64,000 bases of DNA from NCBI GenBank assembly GCA_046297555.1, contig JBKBHW010000002.1, positions 14,385 through 78,384 on the forward strand, written 5' to 3'. The position numbers were made by a program, and so were the translations under genes. The stretch comes from Aquificaceae bacterium (GTDB taxonomy: Bacteria; Aquificota; Aquificia; Aquificales; Aquificaceae). Below, in pieces: positions 29,476 to 38,861 of this stretch. How positions within the stretch are numbered: position 1 is the stretch's first letter; every line of letters begins with the position of its first letter. A model generated the notes under the pieces. The model was not told the DNA's origin. It saw only the letters and a list, made by a program, of their open reading frames with translations, and did not search any database.

Positions 29476-30348
29476 TTGTTCTTCTTTCTTTCTATGGTAA
29501 GTTTTAGCCTTGCTACTGATGAGTTTGTAAAGGGTTTGATTGATAAACTTATGGAAAAGGGGCCATCTGCCTGGTGGTGGGACAATAGGTGGTGGGAGGA
29601 AGGCTATATAGAAAACCTACCCAACTATAAGGTGCGTACAGAGACGGCAACGGTAAAGAAAAGGGATGTGGATATTCCCGTTTTTGTATACAGGCCAGAT
29701 GATGAAAAGGCTTATCCCGGTGTTCTTTTTATCCATGGCAGAAGAGGTCTTGATGAACTTTTCCAGCTTCATGCAAAGAGATTGGCAAGTAAAGGTTTTG
29801 TTGTAGTAGCCCCCGACCTGTACACAGGAAGGCTTATACCGCAGTTTCCCATAGAACATGACCCCGTTGTGGAAGAAGACCTTGATGCGGTGCTGGTATA
29901 TGCGGTAAACAGAAAGGACATAAAGAATGGAAAGATATGTGCCTATGGTATTACAAGGGGTGGCTATTACGGTATAAGGCTGTTGGTGGCATACAAAAGG
30001 CAAGAGAAAGATATAGCATGTTTTGTAGCCTATTATCCACATATGCAGAACCCAAATGCTCCAGAACCTGAGCAGGTATACAGGTACGCTCCTGAATGGG
30101 AAAGCTTAAGGATACCCACCTTAATACTTGTGGGTGAACAGGAACAGTATCAGAGGATAAGGCCTGCCCTTGTTGCAGTTGATCATCTTAAAGCCAAAGG
30201 CGTGCCCATATGGATAGTGGTATACCCTGGTGTGGGTAGGGGTTTTGATTTCAGGCTTGACAGAAGAACCTTTGCAGATGACCTTGCTTCAAAGGATGCT
30301 TTAATAAGGTCCTCCCTCTTTATGAAAAGGTATCTTGAAGGGGAGTAA
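29476..30348 (+). CDS. Dienelactone-hydrolase-like alpha/beta hydrolase with non-canonical catalytic residues; probable true start 29465 with a 1-nt frameshift
   Basis: PGVLFIHGRRG, LASKGFVVVAPDLY; GITRGG at the nucleophile elbow; YPGVGRGF at the His position. The RBS and ATG upstream are out of frame. Confidence 0.75.
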   Translation: MFFFLSMVSFSLATDEFVKGLIDKLMEKGPSAWWWDNRWWEEGYIENLPNYKVRTETATVKKRDVDIPVFVYRPDDEKAYPGVLFIHGRRGLDELFQLHAKRLASKGFVVVAPDLYTGRLIPQFPIEHDPVVEEDLDAVLVYAVNRKDIKNGKICAYGITRGGYYGIRLLVAYKRQEKDIACFVAYYPHMQNPNAPEPEQVYRYAPEWESLRIPTLILVGEQEQYQRIRPALVAVDHLKAKGVPIWIVVYPGVGRGFDFRLDRRTFADDLASKDALIRSSLFMKRYLEGE

Positions 30349-30756
30349 GGCTTGCTTTTCACCAGAATGAAGCATCTCCAAAGCCTTTTTGAATATCTCC
30401 CTGTCCCCCTTGTATTTTAAAAGCCTTTTTGCCTCTTCCAGGGTAAAGAACTTGGCATCCTTTACCTCCCAAGAGGGCTTTGGCTCACCTTCCATATACT
30501 CCATAAGATAAAAAAGCACCTTTTTTCTTACCCTCCTCCCCTCTCTCATATACCAATATCTTATTTCACCGATAGGCGCCAAAATCTTCCCCCTTACCCC
30601 AGTCTCTTCAAAAACCTCCCTTATGGCCGTCTCTTCTGGCTTCTCTCCAGCCTCCAAAAGCCCTTTGGGGAAGGTCCATACATCTGAAGGGTTCCTTATA
30701 AGCAAAACCTCTCCATCTTTCAAAAGCACACCACCTGCCGAAAACTCCTCACTCAT
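30301..30756 (-). CDS. NUDIX hydrolase (Ap4A hydrolase-like)
   Basis: SAGGV, WTFPKGLLEAGEKPEETAIREVFEETGV Nudix box. Confidence 0.92.
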   Translation of the reverse strand: MSEEFSAGGVLLKDGEVLLIRNPSDVWTFPKGLLEAGEKPEETAIREVFEETGVRGKILAPIGEIRYWYMREGRRVRKKVLFYLMEYMEGEPKPSWEVKDAKFFTLEEAKRLLKYKGDREIFKKALEMLHSGEKQALLPFKIPFHKEGGPY

Positions 30757-31373
30757 GGTACAACCTCCACCCTACCCCTTGACACCACCTTGCCCCTTAA
30801 GACCCTTCCATCATCCCTCTTTATCCTTATCACCTTCCCAATAGAGCCCGTATCTACGGCTATAGCCTGAAAGGCTACCTCTATGGCACCGCTTTTGAAA
30901 ACTGCTTCTACAGGCTCCCCTGCCTTGACTGCCGGTATTTCTTTAAGCAAAGATCTTCTTAACATAGTCCCCTTCACTATCCTTGTGGAAGCAATAAAGT
31001 TCTCAAATTCTTCCGGGTTTAGCCTTAAATCCGATGGAACACTTTTCATAAACCTCTCCTCAACTCTAAAAAGCTCTTCCTTTATGAATGCACCCTTTTC
31101 TATGTCCTCCTTGGCTACAAAGACTTTTACCTTCCATAGGACATCTATAAAGGCTTGATACCTTTCGTCCCCAGAATGTATATAGGCAATGGTCCTACTT
31201 TTACCATACTCCATATCAAGCTCTATCTTGTCAACCTTTTCCACTTTACCAACTATCCTTACCCTATTTACCTTGATCAAGTCTCCAAACCTTTTGTAGA
31301 TTTCCTCCTCTACAAGCTTTTCTACCTCAGCAAAGCAAAGGTTGATTAACAAAAAAAGACTAAGCAACCACAT
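30753..31373 (-). CDS. flgA: Flagellar P-ring formation chaperone FlgA
   Basis: Signal peptide, SAF-like domain, VKAGEPVEAVF...AIAVDTGSIGKVIRIK...LRGKV C-terminus. Confidence 0.8.
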   Translation of the reverse strand: MWLLSLFLLINLCFAEVEKLVEEEIYKRFGDLIKVNRVRIVGKVEKVDKIELDMEYGKSRTIAYIHSGDERYQAFIDVLWKVKVFVAKEDIEKGAFIKEELFRVEERFMKSVPSDLRLNPEEFENFIASTRIVKGTMLRRSLLKEIPAVKAGEPVEAVFKSGAIEVAFQAIAVDTGSIGKVIRIKRDDGRVLRGKVVSRGRVEVVP

Positions 31374-32043
31374 CCATAGCTTTCATAAGCTCCCTTATTA
31401 GGGTAGCTGGTTCTACCTCCTTGGGGCATACAAGGTTGCACTTATTACAAGAAAGGCAATGGTAAAGGTTGCCTTCCTTTATAGTTTGAATCCTTCTTAA
31501 ATCCTTTTCTTCCTCCCTCGGGTCTTTGTAAAACCTGTACAACTTGGCGAAGAAGAGGGGTCCGGCATACTTTTCTTCCAAAACCTGCGGGCAGTAAGCC
31601 TGGCAAGAAAAACATAGTATACAATCGGCGGCGTTTTCTATCCTTTTGCTAACTTCCGGTGGTATGCGCGGGTCCTTTGACCTTTCTTTTATCCAAAGGT
31701 GCAGGTCTTTCATCTTTTTAATGACCTTTTCATTGTTTACCACAAGGTCCCTTATAACCTCAAAGTTCCTAAGGGGTTCTATGGTTATCTCTTCACCAAA
31801 AAGCACATAGGGCAAAACCTGTTCTTTACAGGCAAGCTTTGGAAAGCCGTTTACCATAAGGGCACAAGTTCCACATATGCCAGCTCTACAAAAATGCCTA
31901 AAGCTTAAGGTTGGGTCTATTTCTTCCTTTATCCTTTGAAGGGCCATAAGAAGGGTCATGCCCTCCTCATAGGGTATTTGAAAGCTCTGGTAGTATGGAT
32001 TTCCCTTTTCCCTTTGTCTTCTAATTTTTAACCTCAGAACCAT
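31360..32043 (-). CDS. frdB: Fumarate reductase/succinate dehydrogenase iron-sulfur subunit
   Basis: CRAGICGTC..VNG..LAC [2Fe-2S] motif, RDLVV, CILCFSCQAYCP and CLSCNKCNLVCP. Confidence 0.88.
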   Translation of the reverse strand: MVLRLKIRRQREKGNPYYQSFQIPYEEGMTLLMALQRIKEEIDPTLSFRHFCRAGICGTCALMVNGFPKLACKEQVLPYVLFGEEITIEPLRNFEVIRDLVVNNEKVIKKMKDLHLWIKERSKDPRIPPEVSKRIENAADCILCFSCQAYCPQVLEEKYAGPLFFAKLYRFYKDPREEEKDLRRIQTIKEGNLYHCLSCNKCNLVCPKEVEPATLIRELMKAMDVVA

Positions 32044-32056
32044 GAGTAAATAATGT

Positions 32057-33247
32057 ATGCTATTCTATATGATGGTCAAGCACTTTGAAAGCAGGGAGGC
32101 TTTTTACAGATTCCTTAAGGACAAAATAGGGATATTCTTTAGAGAGGCCTATGACAGGTCCTTTGAAGGGGTTTTTCATGTGTTGCAGTTAAAGGGAGTA
32201 AAGCCCGAAGTCCTATTTCCTGCGGCAAAGCAGGCCTGCCTTCATGCCTTTTATGGAGAGGGTGGCTTTGTGCTTTGCGGTTCCGAGTCAAAGATAAGGG
32301 ATTTTTGTTCTCTTATTGTGAAGGAAGACAAAGATCTTGCATTGGAGATACTTCAAAAGCTTCAAAACTACCGCAAAAGATCCTTTAAAATCCAATACAA
32401 CCAAAAGATACTACCCTTAGGCATAAAAACTGCCCTGATGGGCGTACTTAACATCACTCCCGATTCCTTTTCCGACGGTGGGCTATATCTAAAACCTTCA
32501 GAGGCTGTAAAAAGGGCTTTGCAGATGGTAGAGGAGGGGGCGGATATAATAGATATAGGAGGGGAATCTACAAGGCCGGGTTCCCAGAGGATATCAGTCC
32601 AAGAGGAGCTCCGGAGGGTTTTGCCAGTTTTGAGGGATGTAAGAAAAGAGCTTCCCAAGGTTTGGATCTCCGTGGACACCTACAAGGCAGAGGTGGCAGA
32701 AGCCTGTCTACAAGAGGGTGCGGACATGATAAACGACATAAGCGGTGGGACTTTTGACCCCAATATGTACAAAGTGGTAGCCAAATACAACTGTCCTTAT
32801 GTGATAACCCATATCAAAGGTAGGCCGGAAACATGGAAGGAGATGCCCATAGTTTACGAAGATGTAATGGAGGAGATCATCCTTTGGTTTGAAGAGAGGT
32901 TGAAGGAGCTTGAAAACTTGGGCTATAGGGGTCAGGCCATACTTGACCCGGGCATAGGCTTTGGGAAGCTTCCAGAGCACAACATAGAAATCCTAAAAAG
33001 GTTTGACGAGCTCCGCCTTTTTGGCCTCCCCCTGCTTGTAGGTGTTTCAAGAAAATCCTTTATAGGTCTTGTTATTGAAGGGCTGTTGAAGAAGAAGACA
33101 GAGCCCAAGGAAAGGTTGTATGGAAGTCTTGGAGCCTTGGCTCCAGCAGTAATAAAAGGTGCTCACATAGTAAGGGTTCATGATGTTAAAGAGACACGGG
33201 AATTTTTGGCTTTGCTTGACACGGTGAGAACCTATGGCGAATTTTGA
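32057..33247 (+). CDS. folP: Dihydropteroate synthase with an ~130-aa N-terminal extension
   Basis: MGVLNITPDSFSDGG, DIGGESTRPG, SVDTYKAEVA, INDISG, DPGIGFGK, GVSRKSF, RVHDV. Confidence 0.96.
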   Translation: MLFYMMVKHFESREAFYRFLKDKIGIFFREAYDRSFEGVFHVLQLKGVKPEVLFPAAKQACLHAFYGEGGFVLCGSESKIRDFCSLIVKEDKDLALEILQKLQNYRKRSFKIQYNQKILPLGIKTALMGVLNITPDSFSDGGLYLKPSEAVKRALQMVEEGADIIDIGGESTRPGSQRISVQEELRRVLPVLRDVRKELPKVWISVDTYKAEVAEACLQEGADMINDISGGTFDPNMYKVVAKYNCPYVITHIKGRPETWKEMPIVYEDVMEEIILWFEERLKELENLGYRGQAILDPGIGFGKLPEHNIEILKRFDELRLFGLPLLVGVSRKSFIGLVIEGLLKKKTEPKERLYGSLGALAPAVIKGAHIVRVHDVKETREFLALLDTVRTYGEF

Positions 33248-33998
33248 TTTTTTAAAGTTTATATCTTGGAAAGACCTTTTAGATATACTCTTTGTTTCTT
33301 TGTTTTTCTACGGCATACTTTACTTTTTACGCATAACAAGGGGTTTCCAGATATTTAAGGGCTTGGGCTTTTTGGCCCTCTTTTGGCTTATTGCGGAGCT
33401 TTTGGGCCTTAGTACCCTCTCTTGGATTTTTGAAAAGCTATGGACTGTGGGACTTTTCTCCCTTGTGGTCATATTCCAGCCTGAAATAAGGAAAGCTCTG
33501 AGCAGGCTTGGTCAAAAGACGGGGGTTCCCGTTATAAAGCCTGTAGGAGAAAGGGTGGTGGATAGGGTCGTTAGGGCCTCTTCCTTCCTCTCCGAAAGGC
33601 AGATAGGGGGGCTTATAGTTATAGAAAGATCGCAAAGTGTGGATGGTATGGTGGAAGGCTGCGTTCTAATAGACAGCCTTGTCTCCGTTGAACTATTGAT
33701 CACCATATTCAACCCCCTGTCTCCACTACACGATGGCGCCGTGGTAATAAGGGGGGATAGGCTTGTTTATGCTTCTTGCATCTTACCTCTTTCTAAATCT
33801 TCCAAGCTTCCCAAAAAGTACGGCACAAGGCATAGGGCCGCCCTCGGCATATCTGAGGAAAGCGATGCCCTCTGCGTGGTGGTTTCCGAAGAAACTGGGG
33901 AGATATCTCTTGCCGTTGATGGTAAACTACAAAGAAACCTTGACCCAGAGATGTTAAGGACTTTACTTATTAAAGAGTTGAGGATAGAAAATGCTTAA
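33234..33998 (+). CDS. cdaA: Membrane diadenylate cyclase CdaA (DacA)
   Basis: 3 N-terminal TM, VVIFQPEIR, HDGAV (DGA) and GTRHRAA (RHR) DAC motifs, VVSEETG. Confidence 0.95.
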   Translation: MANFDFLKFISWKDLLDILFVSLFFYGILYFLRITRGFQIFKGLGFLALFWLIAELLGLSTLSWIFEKLWTVGLFSLVVIFQPEIRKALSRLGQKTGVPVIKPVGERVVDRVVRASSFLSERQIGGLIVIERSQSVDGMVEGCVLIDSLVSVELLITIFNPLSPLHDGAVVIRGDRLVYASCILPLSKSSKLPKKYGTRHRAALGISEESDALCVVVSEETGEISLAVDGKLQRNLDPEMLRTLLIKELRIENA

Positions 33999-34422
33999 AA
34001 GCTTTTTTGTTAAGGATTGGCAATATAAGCTGTTGGCACTTTTTATGGGAGCTACCTTCTGGTTTATACACAACTTTGGCGGAAGAGTACCCATGAATGT
34101 GGAAAGATATGTGGAGGTATTTAACCAAAAAGAGGGATATGCCTACAGGCTGGAGAGAAAAAGGGTAAGGTTAAGGCTGAGTGTGATGGAGAGGTTTGTT
34201 TCTGAGGAAATGGTGGAGAACATAAGGGTTGGTGTGGATGTGAAGGGGCTTGAAGAAGGTGAGTACCTTCTTAAAGTTTATGTTGTAAATGTGCCAAGGT
34301 TTATCATATCTGTGGAAAAGATTGAACCGGATTATATAAGGGTAAAGGTTATAAAAGCCCCCAACAGGGGGCATTTGAAATCATCCACAAGAGAAGGAGC
34401 TACCGCAACCACAAGAACCTGA
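33991..34422 (+). CDS. Short CdaR/YbbR-like protein
   Basis: KDWQYKLLALF..FW membrane anchor and VDVKGLEEGEY..V..P YbbR-like repeat; coupled to cdaA. Confidence 0.7.
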   Translation: MLKSFFVKDWQYKLLALFMGATFWFIHNFGGRVPMNVERYVEVFNQKEGYAYRLERKRVRLRLSVMERFVSEEMVENIRVGVDVKGLEEGEYLLKVYVVNVPRFIISVEKIEPDYIRVKVIKAPNRGHLKSSTREGATATTRT

Positions 34423-34725
34423 TACATTAGGGTTCTTAATGGTAAATCCACCGCCCATAAAGTCCATTACATAATCAAGCTCTGCGTTGTTTACATAGGG
34501 CATAGAAAACTGGTCTATGGCTATCCTTAGGCCTCCAAATTCAAAGACATTGTCCCCTTCTTCTATGGTATCATCAAAGCCCATGGCATACTGAAAGCCA
34601 GAGCATCCACCGGGCACAACCCTTATCCTTAGTATGGGTTCGGTTATGTTGTTTTCTTGGGCTATCCTAAGCACCTCTTGAACAGCCTTTTCTGTTGCAA
34701 AAAAGTTAAATTCTACCTTTTGCAT
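34381..34725 (-). CDS. A-type Fe-S carrier (IscA/ErpA/HesB)
   Basis: GGCSGFQY, LDYVMDFMGGGF, NPN..GSCGCGSSF. Confidence 0.95.
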   Translation of the reverse strand: MQKVEFNFFATEKAVQEVLRIAQENNITEPILRIRVVPGGCSGFQYAMGFDDTIEEGDNVFEFGGLRIAIDQFSMPYVNNAELDYVMDFMGGGFTIKNPNVSGSCGCGSSFSCG

Positions 34726-34806
34726 ATTACTACCTCCTTAAAAAGTTTGTTATCTATATAATAGCCTTCCTATGGACCTTTGCAAGTGTATATTTTATGA
34801 CAAGGC

Positions 34807-35235
34807 TCATGAAGAGCTTTCCACCCTATGTATTATCCAATAGACCAGCCCCAAGGAAAGCAGGATTGCCGATAGTGTTATAAGCTCCATATACCTCTCC
34901 GGAGAGAGGGATAATATTAAAACCTTTCTTATGACCGCCGCAAGTGCTACACCCACAAAGGCTCTTATACTAACTGGGCCGCCCTTTAGGTGTTTTATCT
35001 CCTCCGAAAGAAGCTCCGATATGGCATAAAGTATAAGGACTGAGCCCAGTATGCTCAAGCCTCCCCTTTCAAGGGGTAGTAAGCCAGCTATGACCAAATA
35101 AAATTCATATACTATCCATACCATCAGAAAGATGCCCACAGTAGCCAAGGTTAGGATTACAAAGGCGGCAAATAACCAAGCTACGCCTTTTATACTCAAA
35201 AGCAACACTCTTTGTCTTTTTTCTAAACCTTCCAT
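34807..35235 (-). CDS. PsiE (phosphate-starvation-inducible E) family membrane protein
   Basis: 4 TM; [31 protein letters not shown]. Start trimmed to ATG 35235. Confidence 0.7.
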   Translation of the reverse strand: MEGLEKRQRVLLLSIKGVAWLFAAFVILTLATVGIFLMVWIVYEFYLVIAGLLPLERGGLSILGSVLILYAISELLSEEIKHLKGGPVSIRAFVGVALAAVIRKVLILSLSPERYMELITLSAILLSLGLVYWIIHRVESSS

Positions 35236-35250
35236 GGGTATAATATTACC

Positions 35251-35811
35251 ATGCCGATAGATAAAGAAAAGATAAAACAAGCCATAAGGCTCTTTCTGGA
35301 AGGTATAGGAGAGGATCCGGACAGAGAGGGTCTTTTGGAAACTCCCGATAGAATAGCCCGCATGTGGGAAGAGTTTGAAAGGCAAAGGAGCTTTGATTTT
35401 AAACTTTTTGAAGAGTTTGGCTCCTATAATGAAATGGTGCTTGTAAAAGATATTGCTATATACTCCTTTTGCGAACACCACCTTTTACCCTTCTTTGGCA
35501 AAGCCCATATTGCCTATATACCCGATGGGATAATTTGCGGACTTTCTAAGCTGGTAAGGACGGTAAGGGCCTTTGCCCTAAAGCCCCAAGTGCAGGAAAG
35601 GCTTACAAACCAGATTGCAGACTTTCTTGTAGAGCAGCTAAAACCAAAGGGCGTGGCCGTGGTTTTGGAAATGGAGCATCTTTGTATGTCTATGAGGGGT
35701 GTTATGTCGCCGGGGCATTTGACCATTACCTCCGCCTTGAGGGGTATATTTTTAAGCGACCTAATAACCAGAGAGGAATTTCTTAAGCTCATAGGGAAAA
35801 GGGCTTTTTAA
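35251..35811 (+). CDS. folE: GTP cyclohydrolase I
   Basis: [46 protein letters not shown]. Confidence 0.98.
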   Translation: MPIDKEKIKQAIRLFLEGIGEDPDREGLLETPDRIARMWEEFERQRSFDFKLFEEFGSYNEMVLVKDIAIYSFCEHHLLPFFGKAHIAYIPDGIICGLSKLVRTVRAFALKPQVQERLTNQIADFLVEQLKPKGVAVVLEMEHLCMSMRGVMSPGHLTITSALRGIFLSDLITREEFLKLIGKRAF

Positions 35812-35896
35812 GAAGGAAAGAGGTGAGGGCTTGGCAAAGCCCCATCCACGCTTACCCTACAGAACAAAAAAACGATCATGCAGGGAGTCTATCAGA

Positions 35897-36035
35897 CATG
35901 CTGGGTAATAATTTTTGAGTTTGACTATGTAGCATAGACATTCCTATCTGTGAAGTATTTTTTAAACACACAGGCAAGAATGCCTATGCTACGCCTTATT
36001 ATGCAAGAATCTTATTTAATTTCTCACCCAGCATA
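35897..36035. mobile_element. Short MITE-like copy with inverted B-type REP doublet
   Basis: Decayed left terminus CATGCTGGGTAATAATTT (35897-35914), REPs at 35929-35952 and 35969-35992, right terminus AATTTCTCACCCAGCATA (36018-36035). Confidence 0.7.
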
Positions 36036-36065
36036 AAGTGTTTTGTAGTCTATAATTTTATAGCT

Positions 36066-38861
36066 ATGATAGAATGGCTTGTTAAAAAGCTCCTTGGTAC
36101 CAAGAGTGAGAGAGAGGTAAAAAGGCTGCGCAAGGTGGTTAAAAGGATAACGGAAAAGGAGAGGGAGTTGGATAGTCTTTCCAACCTTGAGATAGTCCAG
36201 ATTGCCCAGGAGATACATAAAAGGGTCTTGCAAGAGGAAGGGCTGAAAGAAAGGATAAGGAGGGGGGAGATAACAGAAGAGGTGGAGCTTGTCTTTGCCC
36301 TTGTAAGAGAAGCTGGTAAAAGGGCACTTGGCCTTAGATTCTTTGATGTCCAGCTCATAGGTGGACTTGTCCTGCATGAGGGGAAGATTGCCGAAATGAA
36401 GACGGGAGAAGGTAAGACCTTGGTTGCTACATCTGCCACCGCGGTGAACGCCATGACCGATGAGGGCGTGCATGTGGTAACGGTCAATGATTACCTTGCA
36501 AGGAGGGATGCCCAGTGGATGGGTCCCATATACCTTTTCCTTGGCTTGGATGTGGGTGTTATAAACTCAGATTATTCGTCTTACAAGGTAGAGTGGGCAG
36601 ACCCTCATCTTGCCCAAAAGGCCATAGAAGAAGACCTAAGGGTGTGGCCCAAAGGCTACTTTGAAGAGACTTTACCCTCTGACCTCATAAACGTACAAGC
36701 CAAAAAGGCCTTTTATACAAAGCTTGTTCCTTGCACAAGGAGAGAAGCTTATGAATGCCATATAACCTATGGTACTAACAACGAGTTTGGCTTTGATTAT
36801 CTAAGGGGCAACATGGCCTTTTCCCTTGAGGAGGTGGTGCAGGTAAAAGGTCATAACTTTGCCATAGTGGACGAGGTAGACTCTATCCTTATAGATGAGG
36901 CAAGGACCCCTTTAATAATCTCCGGGCCTGCCGAGATGGACACATCTATATATTACAAGGCAGATGAGGTGGTAAGAAGGCTAAAAATAGAAGAGGACTT
37001 TACCGTTGATGAAAAGAATAGAACTGCACAACTCACAGAAAAGGGCATAAGAAAAGTAGAAGAACTCTTGGACATAGAAAACCTCTACGATATAAGGCAT
37101 ATTGACCTTTTGCACGCTATAAACCAAGCCCTAAGGGCGCACACCCTTTTTAAAAGGGATGTTCATTACATAGTAAAAGATGGTGAAGTGCTTATAGTGG
37201 ATGAATTTACCGGTAGGGTGCTTCCCGGCAGAAGGTGGAGCGATGGATTACACCAAGCCATAGAGGTAAAAGAGGGGGTACCTATTCAAAGGGAGAACCA
37301 AACCTTGGCAAGCATAACCTTTCAAAACTACTTTAAGCTTTACAGAAAGCTCTCTGGTATGACGGGTACGGCGGAGACGGAAGCCCTTGAATTTAAAGAA
37401 ATATACAGCCTTGAGGTGGTTGTAGTACCTACCCACAAACCTATGAGAAGAAAGGACCATCCAGACCTTGTTTATAAAACAAAGGAAGAGAAATGGCAGG
37501 CGGTGGTGGATCTTATAAAACAAGAGCATGAGAAGGGAAGACCCATACTTGTTGGAACGGTATCTATAGAAGATTCAGAGCACCTTTCAAGGCTTCTCCA
37601 AAAGGAGAAAATACCACACAACGTGCTTAACGCAAAGCACCATGAAAAGGAGGCGCAGATAATAGCCCAAGCGGGAAGACTTGGAGCTGTGACCATATCC
37701 ACCAACATGGCGGGAAGAGGAACGGACATACTTTTGGGGGGAAACCCCGAATACTTGGCAAAGGAGATACTCCTATCAAAGCATAAATCTTTGGAAGAAG
37801 CCACGGAGGAAGAGTGGAAAGAGGCCTTAGAAAAGGCCTACAGGATAACAGAAGAAGAAAAGAAAAAGGTAGTGGAGCTTGGTGGTCTTTTGGTTATAGG
37901 TACAGAAAGGCATGAGTCAAGGAGGATAGACAACCAGCTAAGGGGAAGGGCTGGAAGACAAGGAGACCCAGGGGAGTCCCGTTTTGTGCTATCTTTGGAA
38001 GATGACCTTATGAGGATCTTTGGAGGAGATAGAGTTAAAAGGCTCATGGACATGTTAAAGATACCACCCGGAGAACCCATAGAGAGCAGGATGGTTACAA
38101 AAGCCATAGAAAATGCTCAAAAGAGGGTAGAGGCACAGAACTTCCAAATAAGAAAAAGGCTTCTTGAGTACGATATGGTAATGAACACCCAAAGGCTAAC
38201 TGTATACTCTATGAGGAGGGATATTCTTGAATCCAAAGGCCTTGAAGAGTATTTAAAGGAGTTTGTGTATGACCTTGTGGCTCAAAAGGTGGATGAGCTC
38301 ATAAGGGAAGAAGAGCCAGAGCTGTGGGACCTTGAACCGCTTAAAAACTACCTCAAGGAGTTAACAGGACAAGATATAGAAATACCTCGGGCCAGGGACA
38401 AGGAGGATTTGATAAACCTTCTATGGGAAAAGGTCCTTGGGGTAATAGAAAGAAAGAAGGAGCAGGTAGGGAAGGAGGTATTTACAGAGCTTCTAAGGGT
38501 GCTTATGCTTTCCAACCTTGACCATCTATGGAGAGAACATCTACACACAATGGACAGGTTAAGAGAAAGCATATACCTACGCGGCTATGCTTCAAAGGAT
38601 CCACTTGTAGAGTATAAAAAAGAAGCCTTTTACATATTTGAAGATATGCTAAGCAGGTTTAGGGAGAGAACGGTGTCCGACCTTTTACACATGCAGGTAA
38701 GGTCTGGGGAAGAGGTTCAAGAAGAGATAAAAAGGGAGGAGCAAGAAAAGGAAAAGCTTTTGAGTATGGCGGTGTTTAGCGGGGTAGAAGGAAAGGCAGA
38801 TCAGAAAAGTCCTAAGAGGAAGACTCTGAAGGAAAGGTTGCAGTCAAGGAAGAAGAGGTGA
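36066..38861 (+). CDS. secA: Preprotein translocase ATPase SecA
   Basis: AEMKTGEGKT, VTVNDYLA.RD, DEVDSILIDEARTPLIISG, TNMAGRGTDI, QLRGRAGRQGDPG. Contains an insert after the GVI motif. Confidence 0.99.
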   Translation: MIEWLVKKLLGTKSEREVKRLRKVVKRITEKERELDSLSNLEIVQIAQEIHKRVLQEEGLKERIRRGEITEEVELVFALVREAGKRALGLRFFDVQLIGGLVLHEGKIAEMKTGEGKTLVATSATAVNAMTDEGVHVVTVNDYLARRDAQWMGPIYLFLGLDVGVINSDYSSYKVEWADPHLAQKAIEEDLRVWPKGYFEETLPSDLINVQAKKAFYTKLVPCTRREAYECHITYGTNNEFGFDYLRGNMAFSLEEVVQVKGHNFAIVDEVDSILIDEARTPLIISGPAEMDTSIYYKADEVVRRLKIEEDFTVDEKNRTAQLTEKGIRKVEELLDIENLYDIRHIDLLHAINQALRAHTLFKRDVHYIVKDGEVLIVDEFTGRVLPGRRWSDGLHQAIEVKEGVPIQRENQTLASITFQNYFKLYRKLSGMTGTAETEALEFKEIYSLEVVVVPTHKPMRRKDHPDLVYKTKEEKWQAVVDLIKQEHEKGRPILVGTVSIEDSEHLSRLLQKEKIPHNVLNAKHHEKEAQIIAQAGRLGAVTISTNMAGRGTDILLGGNPEYLAKEILLSKHKSLEEATEEEWKEALEKAYRITEEEKKKVVELGGLLVIGTERHESRRIDNQLRGRAGRQGDPGESRFVLSLEDDLMRIFGGDRVKRLMDMLKIPPGEPIESRMVTKAIENAQKRVEAQNFQIRKRLLEYDMVMNTQRLTVYSMRRDILESKGLEEYLKEFVYDLVAQKVDELIREEEPELWDLEPLKNYLKELTGQDIEIPRARDKEDLINLLWEKVLGVIERKKEQVGKEVFTELLRVLMLSNLDHLWREHLHTMDRLRESIYLRGYASKDPLVEYKKEAFYIFEDMLSRFRERTVSDLLHMQVRSGEEVQEEIKREEQEKEKLLSMAVFSGVEGKADQKSPKRKTLKERLQSRKKR

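Noticed and set aside
36550-36750. Intein in SecA
   Set aside because: Too short, with no Cys/Ser start plus His-Asn end or splicing blocks. It matches a known conserved indel.
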